A stretch of 64,000 nt of DNA from Lactobacillales bacterium (GTDB lineage: Bacteria > Bacillota_I > Bacilli_A > RF39 > UBA660). The translations under genes and the position numbers were made by a program. The stretch covers positions 8,653 through 72,652 of the forward strand of contig SVAG01000002.1 in NCBI GenBank assembly GCA_015059545.1. The letters are read 5' to 3'. This document shows positions 30,526 through 41,177 of the stretch, piece by piece. The notes beneath the pieces are model-generated. The model ran no database searches. It had not been told where the DNA came from and saw nothing but the letters and a program-made list of their open reading frames with translations. The stretch's first letter is position 1, and every line of letters starts with the position of its first letter.

Positions 30526-32103
30526 CTACTTATTTTTATAAATAGAAGCTATTATTTCTACTACTTTAAGTCCATCAATAGCTGATGTTGTTATACCTCC
30601 TGCGTATCCAGCACCTTCTCCAATTGGATATATTCCTTTTATATTAGAATTAAATATTTCATCTCTTTCTATTCTAACTGGTGAAGATGTTCTACTTTCT
30701 ACACCTGCTAATATAGCATCATCTCTATTAAATCCTTTTATTTTAGTATCATAATAATCTATTGCTTCTTTTAAAGATTCGTTTATATATTCTGGAAATA
30801 TTTTATTTATATCAGCAAATGTATAATTACCTTTTATAGAAGGTTCAAATCCAAATTTTGTTGATACTTTATTTTCCTTATAATCTTTAAATAATTGTAC
30901 TGGTATTAATCCATTACCTAAATTATAGGTTTTTTCTTCTAATTTTCTTTGAAATTCTATTCCATCTAATGGATTAAATCCATAATCTTCTGGTGTTACT
31001 GTAACAACTATTGCACTATTAGCACACTTAGTATCACGAGCGTGATTACTCATTCCATTTATAGCTAATCTATTTTCTTCACTTGATGCATTTACAACAT
31101 ATCCACCAGGACACATACAAAATGAATATACACCTCTATTATTAGATGCTTTATAAGTTAATTTATAACTTGCTACATCTATTTCAACATTTCCATATTG
31201 ACTTTTATTTATCATATCTTGTGGATGTTCAATTCTAACTCCTACTGCAAATGGTTTTGGATTCATTAAAATATTATTTTCATATAACATTTTAAATGTA
31301 TCTCTTGCAGAATGTCCTATCGCAAGTATTAATATATCTGTATCAATTTCTTCTTTATCATTTAAAATAATACTTTTAATATTATTATCTTCTATTTTAA
31401 TATCAGTTAATGTTGTATTAAATCTAAATGTTCCATTCATTTCTATTATTTTATTTCTCATATTTATAATTACATTTCTTAAAACATCTGTTCCAATATG
31501 AGGTTTATTTTTATATAAAATATTAGAGTCTGCTCCATTTTCTACAAATATTTTAAATACTTCTTTACATCTTCCTTCTTTATCTTTTACTAAAGTATTT
31601 AATTTTCCATCACTAAATGTTCCAGCTCCACCTTCTCCAAATTGAACATTAGAGTTTTTATTTAATATTCCTTTATTCCAAAATTCTTCTACACTTTTTA
31701 CTCTATCTTCTATTTTTTCTCCACGTTCTATTATAAGTGGTTTATATCCTAATTTAGCAAGATAATATCCAGAAAATAATCCAGCTGGTCCACTTCCTAT
31801 AATAACAGGTCTTTTATTTAATTCATTTGTTCCTGTTACTTTTATTTCATATTCTTTTTCCTCTATCTTTAATATATCATTTGATTTATTTTTTCTTAAT
31901 ATTAATTCTTCGTTTAATATTTCACAATCTACTTCATATATATAATATATTTCTGGTTTCTTTCTAGCATCTATACTTTCTTTATTTATCTTTATACTTT
32001 TAATATCAGTTTCTTTTATATTTAATTTTTTTGCTACTTTTTTAGTTATATTTTCTATACTAGATTCATTATATAGTACTTTTACTTGTCTTACTCTTAT
32101 CAT
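30526..32103 (-). CDS. FAD-dependent oxidoreductase (uncharacterised Firmicute family)
   Basis: GSGPAG, FGEGGAGTFSDGKL, SFCMCPGG, GEGAGYAGGI. Confidence 0.9.
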   Translation of the reverse strand: MIRVRQVKVLYNESSIENITKKVAKKLNIKETDIKSIKINKESIDARKKPEIYYIYEVDCEILNEELILRKNKSNDILKIEEKEYEIKVTGTNELNKRPVIIGSGPAGLFSGYYLAKLGYKPLIIERGEKIEDRVKSVEEFWNKGILNKNSNVQFGEGGAGTFSDGKLNTLVKDKEGRCKEVFKIFVENGADSNILYKNKPHIGTDVLRNVIINMRNKIIEMNGTFRFNTTLTDIKIEDNNIKSIILNDKEEIDTDILILAIGHSARDTFKMLYENNILMNPKPFAVGVRIEHPQDMINKSQYGNVEIDVASYKLTYKASNNRGVYSFCMCPGGYVVNASSEENRLAINGMSNHARDTKCANSAIVVTVTPEDYGFNPLDGIEFQRKLEEKTYNLGNGLIPVQLFKDYKENKVSTKFGFEPSIKGNYTFADINKIFPEYINESLKEAIDYYDTKIKGFNRDDAILAGVESRTSSPVRIERDEIFNSNIKGIYPIGEGAGYAGGITTSAIDGLKVVEIIASIYKNK

Positions 32104-33290
32104 ATATTTTCACCTGCTAATATAGCGCTTATAGTAGAAGCTGTTATATTATATCCACCACATAATCCATCTATATCTAAAAGTTCTCCTATTACATATA
32201 AATTTTTTATTTTTTTAGTTTCCATAGTACTTGTATTTATCTCATTTAGATTAAGTCCTCCACTACATACTTGAGCACATTCATAATCATTAGTATCAAT
32301 TATATCTACATTAAAATTAATTAAATTATTATAAAGTATTTGTTTTTCTTTTTCAGCTAATTCATTAAATGTTTTAAATTCATTTATATTTGATTCTTTT
32401 AATATTACTTTTACTAATTTATAATTTATTATTCCTTCTAATAATTCTAATATGTTTCTGTTTTTAAGAAGATTATTTCTATCAATCATAAATTTTTCTA
32501 TATCAGTTACAAATGGTAAAAAATTTATTTTAATTGATTCTTTATTATTTTTATCTAACCCTCTTTTTAATCTACCACTTAAATTAAATATACATATTCC
32601 ACTTAATCCATAGTTAGTAAGTTGTAGTTCACCTATTTCTTCTTTAATAAATTTATTATTTTCATATAGACTTACTTTAGCATCTACTCTAATACCATTC
32701 CATTCTTTAAAATATGATCCTTTTCCTTTTAATTGAACTAGTGATGGTAATGGTTTTATTATATCTAAATTTAATTTATTAAGTAATTTATATCCTATTC
32801 CATCTGATCCCGTTTTTGGAGCTGCTTTTGATCCTGTACTTATTATTACTTTATCAAATTCTAAATCATTATTAATAATAAATTTATCATTTTTTATTTC
32901 TATATTTTCTACTAAATAATCTGTTATTACTTTTATATTATTTAATTCTAATTCTTTAAGTAATGATTCTTTCATACTATCTGCTCTATTTGAATATGGA
33001 TAATAATATCCATTTTTTATTTTAGGTATTATTCCTATACTATTATAAAAATTAATTACTTTTTCTATATTTTCTTCAGTTATTATTTCTTTTAATAAAT
33101 CTTTATTTTCTGAATTATAATTACTAATATCTTGATTACTATTAAAGTAATTACATCTACCATTACCTGTTAATAATAATTTTTTAAGTAAATTACTATT
33201 TCTTTCTAATATTGTTACTTCATTATTTTTAGATGCATATATAGAAGCTATTACTCCTGATATTCCTCCACCTATAACTACAACTTTCAT
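32100..33290 (-). CDS. HI0933/YhiN/BaiN-family flavoprotein
   Basis: GGGISG, KLLLTGNGRCN, GSDGIGY, GELLDIDGLCGGYN. Confidence 0.92.
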   Translation of the reverse strand: MKVVVIGGGISGVIASIYASKNNEVTILERNSNLLKKLLLTGNGRCNYFNSNQDISNYNSENKDLLKEIITEENIEKVINFYNSIGIIPKIKNGYYYPYSNRADSMKESLLKELELNNIKVITDYLVENIEIKNDKFIINNDLEFDKVIISTGSKAAPKTGSDGIGYKLLNKLNLDIIKPLPSLVQLKGKGSYFKEWNGIRVDAKVSLYENNKFIKEEIGELQLTNYGLSGICIFNLSGRLKRGLDKNNKESIKINFLPFVTDIEKFMIDRNNLLKNRNILELLEGIINYKLVKVILKESNINEFKTFNELAEKEKQILYNNLINFNVDIIDTNDYECAQVCSGGLNLNEINTSTMETKKIKNLYVIGELLDIDGLCGGYNITASTISAILAGENI

Positions 33291-33355
33291 AAAATCACCT
33301 ACTTTATTATATCATATATATTATTTAATTTCATATATTATTATAAGGTGATTTA

Positions 33356-34708
33356 ATGGATAAAATTAAAACTAATTCTAATGAAGTTAAGAGTGGTGAT
33401 ACTTTTATTGCTTTAAAAGGTTTTAAAGAAGATGGACATAAGTATATAGAAGATGCGATTAAAAATGGTGCAACTAAAATAATATGTGAATATGGTGATT
33501 ATGATACAGATACTATAATAGTTCCTAATACTAAAGATTATTTAAATGAATATTTAGATAATAATTATTCTTGTTTATTTAATAATTTAAAAATAATTGG
33601 TATTACTGGTACTAATGGAAAAACAACTACAGCTTTTATAACACATAATATGTTAAATAAATTAGGTTTTAAAAGTGCTTATATAGGAACAATTGGTTTT
33701 TATATTAATGGAGATTTTATTAAAGATTTAAATAATACTACTCCTGATACATTAACTTTATATAAATTAATTAAAGAAGCTTATGATAATGATTGTAAAT
33801 ATATTGTTATGGAAGTTAGTAGTCATTCTTTAGATATGAATAGATTATCTTCTATTAAATTAGATATTGCTTTATTTACTAATTTAACACAGGATCATTT
33901 AGATTATCATAAAGATATGGATAATTATTTAAATTCTAAATTAAAAATAATTGATTATTTAAAAGATGATGGTGTTTTAATTGTTAATAATGATTCTGAA
34001 TATTCTAAATACTTTAATTTTAAAAATAAAAAAAGTATTGGATTTAATACTTCTACTTATCAAGTAACTAATTATATAAATTCTAAAGATTTAATTAATT
34101 TTAAATATAATGATAATGAATATTCAGTAAAAATAAATTTAAAATCTAAATTTAATGTTTATAATTATATGTCTTCTCTATCTATATTAAATAGTTTAGG
34201 AATTAGTAATGAAGATATTATAAGTGTATCTTCATTAATAGATGCTCCACCTGGTAGAATGGAAACAATTATTTATAAAAACAATTATATTATTATTGAT
34301 TATGCTCATACTCCTGATGCAGTTGAAAAAATAATAAGTGCAGCAAAAGAAACTTTTGATAAAAAAATTATTACTATTGTAGGTTGTGGTGGAAATAGAG
34401 ATAAAACAAAAAGACCTATCATGGGTCGTATTTCAACTACTTTAAGTGATTATGTTATATTTACAAGTGATAATCCTAGATATGAAGATCCTAAAAGTAT
34501 TATAGATGATATTGTAAATACTTTAGAAAATGATAATTATGAAATTATTGTTGATAGAAAGGAAGCTATTTTAAATACAATTAAAAATTTAGATAATTCT
34601 TGTTTATTAATACTTGGTAAAGGTCATGAAGATTATCAAATAATTAATAACGAAAAAATTCATTTTAGTGATAAAGAAATTGTACTTGATTATATAAATA
34701 AAAACTAA
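33356..34708 (+). CDS. murE: UDP-MurNAc-L-Ala-D-Glu--meso-DAP ligase
   Basis: GITGTNGKTT, MEVSSH, DHLDYH, DYAHTPD, DNPR (mDAP-type), GKGHE. Confidence 0.96.
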   Translation: MDKIKTNSNEVKSGDTFIALKGFKEDGHKYIEDAIKNGATKIICEYGDYDTDTIIVPNTKDYLNEYLDNNYSCLFNNLKIIGITGTNGKTTTAFITHNMLNKLGFKSAYIGTIGFYINGDFIKDLNNTTPDTLTLYKLIKEAYDNDCKYIVMEVSSHSLDMNRLSSIKLDIALFTNLTQDHLDYHKDMDNYLNSKLKIIDYLKDDGVLIVNNDSEYSKYFNFKNKKSIGFNTSTYQVTNYINSKDLINFKYNDNEYSVKINLKSKFNVYNYMSSLSILNSLGISNEDIISVSSLIDAPPGRMETIIYKNNYIIIDYAHTPDAVEKIISAAKETFDKKIITIVGCGGNRDKTKRPIMGRISTTLSDYVIFTSDNPRYEDPKSIIDDIVNTLENDNYEIIVDRKEAILNTIKNLDNSCLLILGKGHEDYQIINNEKIHFSDKEIVLDYINKN

Positions 34709-34715
34709 AAAGTTT

Positions 34716-35561
34716 TTATTTTTTTAGTTTATTTAAAATAGATAACTCTTTTATTTTTAAATTATTATTTATACCTGTTCCTATTTCTATATCTGGTTTT
34801 ACAAAAGGGCCATGATAATCTGTTCCTCCACTTATAAGTAAATTATATTTATTAGCAATATCTAAATATAATTTTATTTCTTCTTCTGTATGACTACTAT
34901 GATATACTTCTATTCCTTGAAGTCCATAAATACACATTTCTTTAATTAGAGTTAATAATTCTTTTTCATTTAATTCTAATGTTTTAGGATGTGCAAGTAC
35001 AGGAATACCACCTGCATTTAAAATTAGTTCTATACATTCTGTGTAAGGTATTCCTTTACTTGTTTTTCTAGTTTTAGCATATGCATCATTTAAATACTTA
35101 TCAAAAGCTTCTTTTATAGAACTTACATATCCATATTTAACCATAAGATGAGCTATATCAGGTCTACCCAAATTATGATTTTGATTTAACATATTTAATA
35201 TATCTTCTGTATTAAAGATAATATCATAATCTTTTTTTATTCTTGAAAGTAATGTTATTACAGAATATAAACTATTATTTTTTAATATTTCCATTTTTTC
35301 ATTTAATTCTTTATTATTTATATCTATACCATATCCTAAAATATGCATTCTACCTTTATCTACTTTAGCTGATAATTCTATTCCTGTTATATAATTAATA
35401 TTATAATTTTTTACTATTTTCATTACTTCTTTATTACCTAAAAGTGTATCATGATCTGTTATAGAAAAAGTATTAATATTATTTTTTATAGCTAGTTCAA
35501 TTAAATTTTTAGGTGTTAATTCTCCATCTGAAAAAGTACTATGAGTGTGTAAATCTATCAT
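34716..35561 (-). CDS. PHP-domain phosphoesterase (TrpH/YciV-like)
   Basis: DLHTHSTFSDG, ITDHD, AHP, GGTDYHG. Confidence 0.9.
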   Translation of the reverse strand: MIDLHTHSTFSDGELTPKNLIELAIKNNINTFSITDHDTLLGNKEVMKIVKNYNINYITGIELSAKVDKGRMHILGYGIDINNKELNEKMEILKNNSLYSVITLLSRIKKDYDIIFNTEDILNMLNQNHNLGRPDIAHLMVKYGYVSSIKEAFDKYLNDAYAKTRKTSKGIPYTECIELILNAGGIPVLAHPKTLELNEKELLTLIKEMCIYGLQGIEVYHSSHTEEEIKLYLDIANKYNLLISGGTDYHGPFVKPDIEIGTGINNNLKIKELSILNKLKK

Positions 35562-36382
35562 TTCTTTTTACCTACTATTTTTAATATTTTTCCTTCTTCT
35601 GCAACTATGGTATTTGGAAATATTTGTTTCGCTTCTTCTAAATATTTTTCTTTTTCTATTTCTGGATAAAAATGTGTTAATACAAGTTGCTTTACGTTAG
35701 ATTGCTTTGCTATTGTTGCTGCTTCATATGCATATAGATGGTTATCAGAATTCTTTATTTGTCCTTTTAAAAATGTTGATTCACAAAGTAATATATCAGC
35801 TTCTTTTGATAATTCTATTAGACTATTATCCTCAAATCCAGTATCAGCTGAATATACAAATATATTTTCATTTTCTTTTAATCTAGCAGAATATGTATTT
35901 ATTTGATGAGGATTTTCACTAAATGTTATTTCTATATCATCAATATTGATTATAGAATCTTCATCATATTCTAAAAATTCCATATAATGTTCTTTACCAA
36001 AGTTCATTAAGAAATGATAATCTTCTATTTCTTTTTTTACTGTTCTAAATGAACCCCATCCATCTTCATTTGTATAGTCTTCACTTACTTCATAATAATC
36101 AGTTTTTGGAATATATACTTTTATTCTTTTATTTATAAAACCTAATCTGTGATTAATATATGAAGCATATCCTAGTGATAATAATTCAGCATAATGATCT
36201 TTATGTAAATGACTTATTATGATTGTTAAATTATTTAAATCTGTAGCCATATTCATATTTCTTGATATACCATTACCACAATCAAGTAAAATATTGCTAT
36301 CATTACTTTTTACTAAATAACCAACACAATTTTTATCTCCTTTACAATATGGAGATACACTACCTAATATTTTTATTTCCAT
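35558..36382 (-). CDS. MBL-fold metallo-hydrolase (RNase Z/YhfI-like)
   Basis: LDCG, SHLHKDH, YSADT, CESTF, HL, LTHF. Confidence 0.88.
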   Translation of the reverse strand: MEIKILGSVSPYCKGDKNCVGYLVKSNDSNILLDCGNGISRNMNMATDLNNLTIIISHLHKDHYAELLSLGYASYINHRLGFINKRIKVYIPKTDYYEVSEDYTNEDGWGSFRTVKKEIEDYHFLMNFGKEHYMEFLEYDEDSIINIDDIEITFSENPHQINTYSARLKENENIFVYSADTGFEDNSLIELSKEADILLCESTFLKGQIKNSDNHLYAYEAATIAKQSNVKQLVLTHFYPEIEKEKYLEEAKQIFPNTIVAEEGKILKIVGKKK

Positions 36383-36872
36383 ATTCTTTCACCTTTACTT
36401 TTTCTTTCATTTCTTCTTTTACAATATCATCCACATATAAACTTATATCTTTTCCTAATCTAAATACTTCTTTTACCATACTGGATGATATAAATTGATA
36501 TTTATTATCAGCAAACAAACATATTGTATTTACTTTATTATTACTTATTTGTTTATTTATATTAGCAAGACCTATTTCATAATCAAAATCACTTAATCCT
36601 CTTAATCCTCTTATAATTGCACTACATTCCATTATCTCTGCAACATCTACTGCAGCTTTTTCTTCGCATATTATTTTTACATTATCATAATCTTCATATA
36701 TTTTTTTCATAATATTTAATCTTTCTTCCATTGTAAAGAAACCATCTTTTTTATTTGGATTTATAAGTATTGCGACTACTACTTCATCAAATAATTGACT
36801 TGCTTGATTTATAATATCCATATGTCCTCTTGTTATAGGATCAAAACTACCTGTGTATAATACTTTTGTCAT
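36360..36872 (-). CDS. coaD: Phosphopantetheine adenylyltransferase
   Basis: GSFDPITRGH, IRGLR..DFDYE, ISSSMVKE. Confidence 0.95.
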   Translation of the reverse strand: MTKVLYTGSFDPITRGHMDIINQASQLFDEVVVAILINPNKKDGFFTMEERLNIMKKIYEDYDNVKIICEEKAAVDVAEIMECSAIIRGLRGLSDFDYEIGLANINKQISNNKVNTICLFADNKYQFISSSMVKEVFRLGKDISLYVDDIVKEEMKEKVKVKEYGNKNIR

Positions 36873-37416
36873 ATATTTCACTCACCTTTTTCTTTGTCTT
36901 TTCTTCTTCTATATTTTCTATAATATAATCAAAACCTTCTTCATTTAATTGATAAGAATAATCTCTTTTCATAAATTGTTCTTTTGTTATATTATCTCTT
37001 TTGGTTGCTCTTTGTAATCTAACATTAAATGGAGCATCTACTAATATATTTAAATCACTTCTATTAAAATATTTTGTTTCTTTAAGAAATAGATAATCTA
37101 ATATAATTATTTTATCTTTATTCTTTTTTATAATCTTATCTATTATTTTTTCCATGTAATACCATGTAACTTCTTTTAAATATTTCATCTTTCTTTCATT
37201 ATTAAATACAATATAACCTAATTTTTTTCTATCTATTTTATTTAAAGTTAATATATCTCCTAATATTAATAATTGATCTTTTACTTCTTCTAATTCTAAT
37301 ACTTTATGGGCAATTTTATCTACATCTAAATATATAGTATTTTCATTATATTCTTTGATTATATTTGATATATAACTTTTACCACTTCCACTTTTTCCTA
37401 CAATACAAATTAACAT
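36847..37416 (-). CDS. coaE: Dephospho-CoA kinase
   Basis: GKSGSGKS, DVDKIAH, IDRKKLG.IVF, RATKRD. Confidence 0.88.
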   Translation of the reverse strand: MLICIVGKSGSGKSYISNIIKEYNENTIYLDVDKIAHKVLELEEVKDQLLILGDILTLNKIDRKKLGYIVFNNERKMKYLKEVTWYYMEKIIDKIIKKNKDKIIILDYLFLKETKYFNRSDLNILVDAPFNVRLQRATKRDNITKEQFMKRDYSYQLNEEGFDYIIENIEEEKTKKKVSEIYDKSIIHR

Positions 37417-37503
37417 TTTATCACCTCTCTACTTGCATTATACTAAAATTTTTAATATAATTAAAATACATATTATTTATGTTAGATATAACTGGAGGTT
37501 ATT

Positions 37504-38394
37504 ATGAATATTAATTTTGAATTATATAGAGTTTTTTATTCTGTTGCGAATAATAAAAATATTACTAAAGCAAGTCAAGAACTTATGATAAGTCAACCTG
37601 CTGTTAGTAAATCAATAAAAAATCTAGAAGATCAATTAGGTGGTAAACTTTTTTCTAGAACTAGAAAAGGTGTTACTTTAACTGAAGAAGGAGAACAATT
37701 TTATAAATATATAAAACAAGCAATAGAATATATTAATAATGCTCAAAACAAATTTACTGATTTAATTAATTTAGAAGTTGGTACTATAAATATAGGTATT
37801 GGTACTACTCTAACTAAAGAAATATTAATTCCTTATTTAGAAGAATTTCATAGATTATATCCTAAAATAGATATTCAAATTCATACTGATATTACAAATA
37901 GATTGTTTTCTAAATTAAATGATGGATTAATTGATTTAGTAATTTTAAATATGCCATATAAAGTAAATAATGATATTGAACTTAAAACAATAAAAACACT
38001 ACAAGATTGTTTTGTAGTTGGAGAAAATTATAAATATTTAAAAGATAAAAAGTTAAAACTTGAAGAATTAAATAATTATCCTTTAATTCTTTTATCAAAA
38101 TTAAGTAACACAAGACATTTTATTGATGATTTCTGTCTTAAAAACAATGTTACACTAAATCCTCATATGAATTTATCTAGTTATTCATTAGTTGTCGAAT
38201 TTACTAAAATAGGATTTGGTATTGGATATGCGACTGAAGAATATATTAAAGAAGATTTAAAAAACAAAAAATTATTTAAATTAGATGTAGAACCTAAATT
38301 ACCTAAAAGAGAAGTTGCATTAGCCTACTCTAAAAGAAATACTCCAAGTTTTAGTAGTAAAAAATTAATTGAGATTATATTAAAAAATAATTAG
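37504..38394 (+). CDS. LysR family transcriptional regulator
   Basis: NITKASQELMISQPAVSKSIKNLE..LG.KLF.R; divergent from coaE. Confidence 0.95.
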   Translation: MNINFELYRVFYSVANNKNITKASQELMISQPAVSKSIKNLEDQLGGKLFSRTRKGVTLTEEGEQFYKYIKQAIEYINNAQNKFTDLINLEVGTINIGIGTTLTKEILIPYLEEFHRLYPKIDIQIHTDITNRLFSKLNDGLIDLVILNMPYKVNNDIELKTIKTLQDCFVVGENYKYLKDKKLKLEELNNYPLILLSKLSNTRHFIDDFCLKNNVTLNPHMNLSSYSLVVEFTKIGFGIGYATEEYIKEDLKNKKLFKLDVEPKLPKREVALAYSKRNTPSFSSKKLIEIILKNN

Positions 38395-38397
38395 ATT

Positions 38398-39588
38398 TTA
38401 TCTAATTATTTTTTCTATATAGCCTTTTTTATTAACTTTATAATTTAGCTTAAATATAATACTTGTTGTTATAAATTGATAGATACTAGAACAACATTGA
38501 CCTATTCCTGTACAAAATGGTGTTTTTAAAAATGATAAAAAAGTTCTTAATGTTGATGCTACAAATTTATTTGATGTTATTTTTATAGCTGAATATTCTA
38601 GTTGTAAGAAACATGTTTTTAATCTATAAATTGGATATATCATAAAATTAACTAATTCAAATGCTAAATATATAAATGTTAATTTTATATCTAATGTATA
38701 AAAATTCCACATTATAATAAACATTAAAAATACTGATAATAATATTACTACTAATAATTTATATCCATTTTTTCTATGTTCTAGATAATTAAATTTACCT
38801 TTACTTATATCTATTTTAGCAACCGTACTAATAGCATCAAATGCATCCCATTGTGTATCTGTTATTAAAGCTACAAAATTTAATGCCATCATATATTCCT
38901 GTCCATATTGTATAGCATTACTAAGACCAAACAAGAAAATTATAAAGAAGAAAATATTATTTACTATATCAACAGAATCATATTTAATACACTTAATTAT
39001 ATTTATATTAAATTTAAATTTATCAAATTCTCTTATTAACATTATGACTACACATATTAAAATTGATAATAATGTTGTTATTATAATATAAGTTTGATTT
39101 TTAAATATTAGAGATGAAACTATTAAAACAACAAAGTTTAGTAAATTTAATATAATTGTATATATATTAGCAAGTTTATTTTTTTCTTCATAATATAATT
39201 TTTCTAAGATGAGTGCGAATATCAATTGAATATATAATTGAATTACAGAATATAAACCAAATGTATGATATATATTTGGATCCATATTCATAAAATTTAT
39301 ATATGAATCTATATTAATAGCTATAAATCCAAAAACAATAAATCCAATTATAATACCTAAAACTATTCCAGACATAACAACATTTTTATCTTTATCTTTT
39401 TCTTTTGAAATATTTGCTCCTACTCCAAATATTGATTTCATTAATGCATATATGAATTGTATCGGATATGTAAGTGAAAAAACATTTATTAGATTTTCAT
39501 CAACTAATATACCTAATAAAAACCATGATATGATTGGAATAAATGAAAATATTGCTGCATCTAAACTTACTCTTAATAATCTTTTCAT
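38398..39588 (-). CDS. Multi-TM membrane protein, MATE/MOP-like transporter
   Basis: About 11-12 hydrophobic segments; FSLTYPIQF...GVG pattern resembles MATE TM2. Confidence 0.55.
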   Translation of the reverse strand: MKRLLRVSLDAAIFSFIPIISWFLLGILVDENLINVFSLTYPIQFIYALMKSIFGVGANISKEKDKDKNVVMSGIVLGIIIGFIVFGFIAINIDSYINFMNMDPNIYHTFGLYSVIQLYIQLIFALILEKLYYEEKNKLANIYTIILNLLNFVVLIVSSLIFKNQTYIIITTLLSILICVVIMLIREFDKFKFNINIIKCIKYDSVDIVNNIFFFIIFLFGLSNAIQYGQEYMMALNFVALITDTQWDAFDAISTVAKIDISKGKFNYLEHRKNGYKLLVVILLSVFLMFIIMWNFYTLDIKLTFIYLAFELVNFMIYPIYRLKTCFLQLEYSAIKITSNKFVASTLRTFLSFLKTPFCTGIGQCCSSIYQFITTSIIFKLNYKVNKKGYIEKIIR

Positions 39589-39589
39589 A

Positions 39590-40318
39590 TTAATACTCCT
39601 TAACTTTATTTTTAGAAATAATATATTCAGGTATTATACAAGTTGGTACTACAATATCTTTTACTTTTAAAGCCATTTCTTTTAAGTCATCCATATTACC
39701 AGTTGGATTACTTGCTCCTAATGACTTTAAGTCTTTATCTAAAAATATATAATTAACATTACCTACCATTGCTTTATTTCCAAAATAAAGTGTTACTGTT
39801 TGTTTAGTTACATTAAAAAGTAAAAAAGTAGTATGATTATAAATATCTATCTTATGTATAAATGAATTTTTTTCTAATAAAATATCATTGTTATCTATAT
39901 ACTCTATTAATTCATTAACATCTTTTTTATTCATATCCAAATAATAATAAAAATCTTCTGGTTTTTCCATTTTATGTTCTTCAAAATGTTTTATAAAAAA
40001 TTCTTCATTAAATGGTTCTAAACTATCATTATAATTTATAGCTTCTTTTTTGTCTAAATCTATACATAAGTATTCAAATAATCCTATTTTAATTATCAAA
40101 TAATTTATATTATTATATTTAATTTTTTTAATTTCATCTATACTATCAAACATATTAAATTCTAGTGAACTATTAATTAAGAATCTATAAAAATCTTGCC
40201 AAATTTGAGAATAATTCCTCATATTATTCATAATTTCTTCAACAGTTATTCCTTCATGATTTTTAAAATATAAATTAAATAATTCTTTTTGTTTTTGATT
40301 CCATTCTAAAGTTTCCAT
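39590..40318 (-). CDS. Hypothetical protein
   Basis: 242-aa ORF packed between neighbours. Confidence 0.7.
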   Translation of the reverse strand: METLEWNQKQKELFNLYFKNHEGITVEEIMNNMRNYSQIWQDFYRFLINSSLEFNMFDSIDEIKKIKYNNINYLIIKIGLFEYLCIDLDKKEAINYNDSLEPFNEEFFIKHFEEHKMEKPEDFYYYLDMNKKDVNELIEYIDNNDILLEKNSFIHKIDIYNHTTFLLFNVTKQTVTLYFGNKAMVGNVNYIFLDKDLKSLGASNPTGNMDDLKEMALKVKDIVVPTCIIPEYIISKNKVKEY

Positions 40319-40322
40319 AAAA

Positions 40323-41156
40323 TCACTTCCTCTTATAAACCATTACTCCTGATTTGCTGTTTTCAAAATTATCAAAAGTATAATCGTTTTCATTAAAGAA
40401 ATTTCTAATATTTTCTGTTATTTCATAAAAATATGTTAATATTATTCCTTTTTCACTTAAATTAAATTTATCTAATAATTTTTTATATTCAATTTTATCT
40501 ACATAATTTATTATATTAGATAAATAAATTATATCATATTCTTTACTGTACAAATTATTTAAATTTAATATATTTCCAGTGTATGTGTTAATGTTTACGC
40601 TATCTATCATACTTTTTAATCTATTATAATTTTCTTCTTTTAAATAAATATTTTCTTCTATTATTGTTTTTTTACTCATAAATTCACTTGAAAACAATGT
40701 TGAATTATATATATCATACCAATCAAAATAATTAAATAATGAATCCCAAAATTCTTTATTTTCTTTATTTAATTCTTGTCTTATTAAATCATATAAATCA
40801 TCATATATTTCTTTAGTTGTTGGTGATTCAAAAAATAAATCTATATATTCTTCTCTATTTAATCTTTTAATAGCAGCTAGTTTCAAAAATAAAAAATACT
40901 TTGGAAAAGTGCTTATATCAAAAGCATCAATATTTATTATTCCTTCTAAAATACTATTTATTATTTGATCACCCGAAGATATTACTGTTAATATTTTTTT
41001 ATTATTTTTTAAATATTTATTTATATTACTTAATCTTTCATTTGAACTTTTATAAATAACTGAATGATCATGAAAAGTACTAGTACTTGATATATTTGAA
41101 TATGATCTTCCGACTATTTTTTGAGCTAATGTAATATCATCTTGCATAAACTTCAC
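40323..41156 (-). CDS. DUF3419/BtaA-like SAM-fold protein, paralogue 2
   Basis: ILTVISSGDQ, IDAFDIS, LKLAAI, FWDSL, YDIIYLSNI. Confidence 0.65.
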   Translation of the reverse strand: MKFMQDDITLAQKIVGRSYSNISSTSTFHDHSVIYKSSNERLSNINKYLKNNKKILTVISSGDQIINSILEGIINIDAFDISTFPKYFLFLKLAAIKRLNREEYIDLFFESPTTKEIYDDLYDLIRQELNKENKEFWDSLFNYFDWYDIYNSTLFSSEFMSKKTIIEENIYLKEENYNRLKSMIDSVNINTYTGNILNLNNLYSKEYDIIYLSNIINYVDKIEYKKLLDKFNLSEKGIILTYFYEITENIRNFFNENDYTFDNFENSKSGVMVYKRK

Positions 41157-41177
41157 ACTCCGAGTTTTTATTATAAT

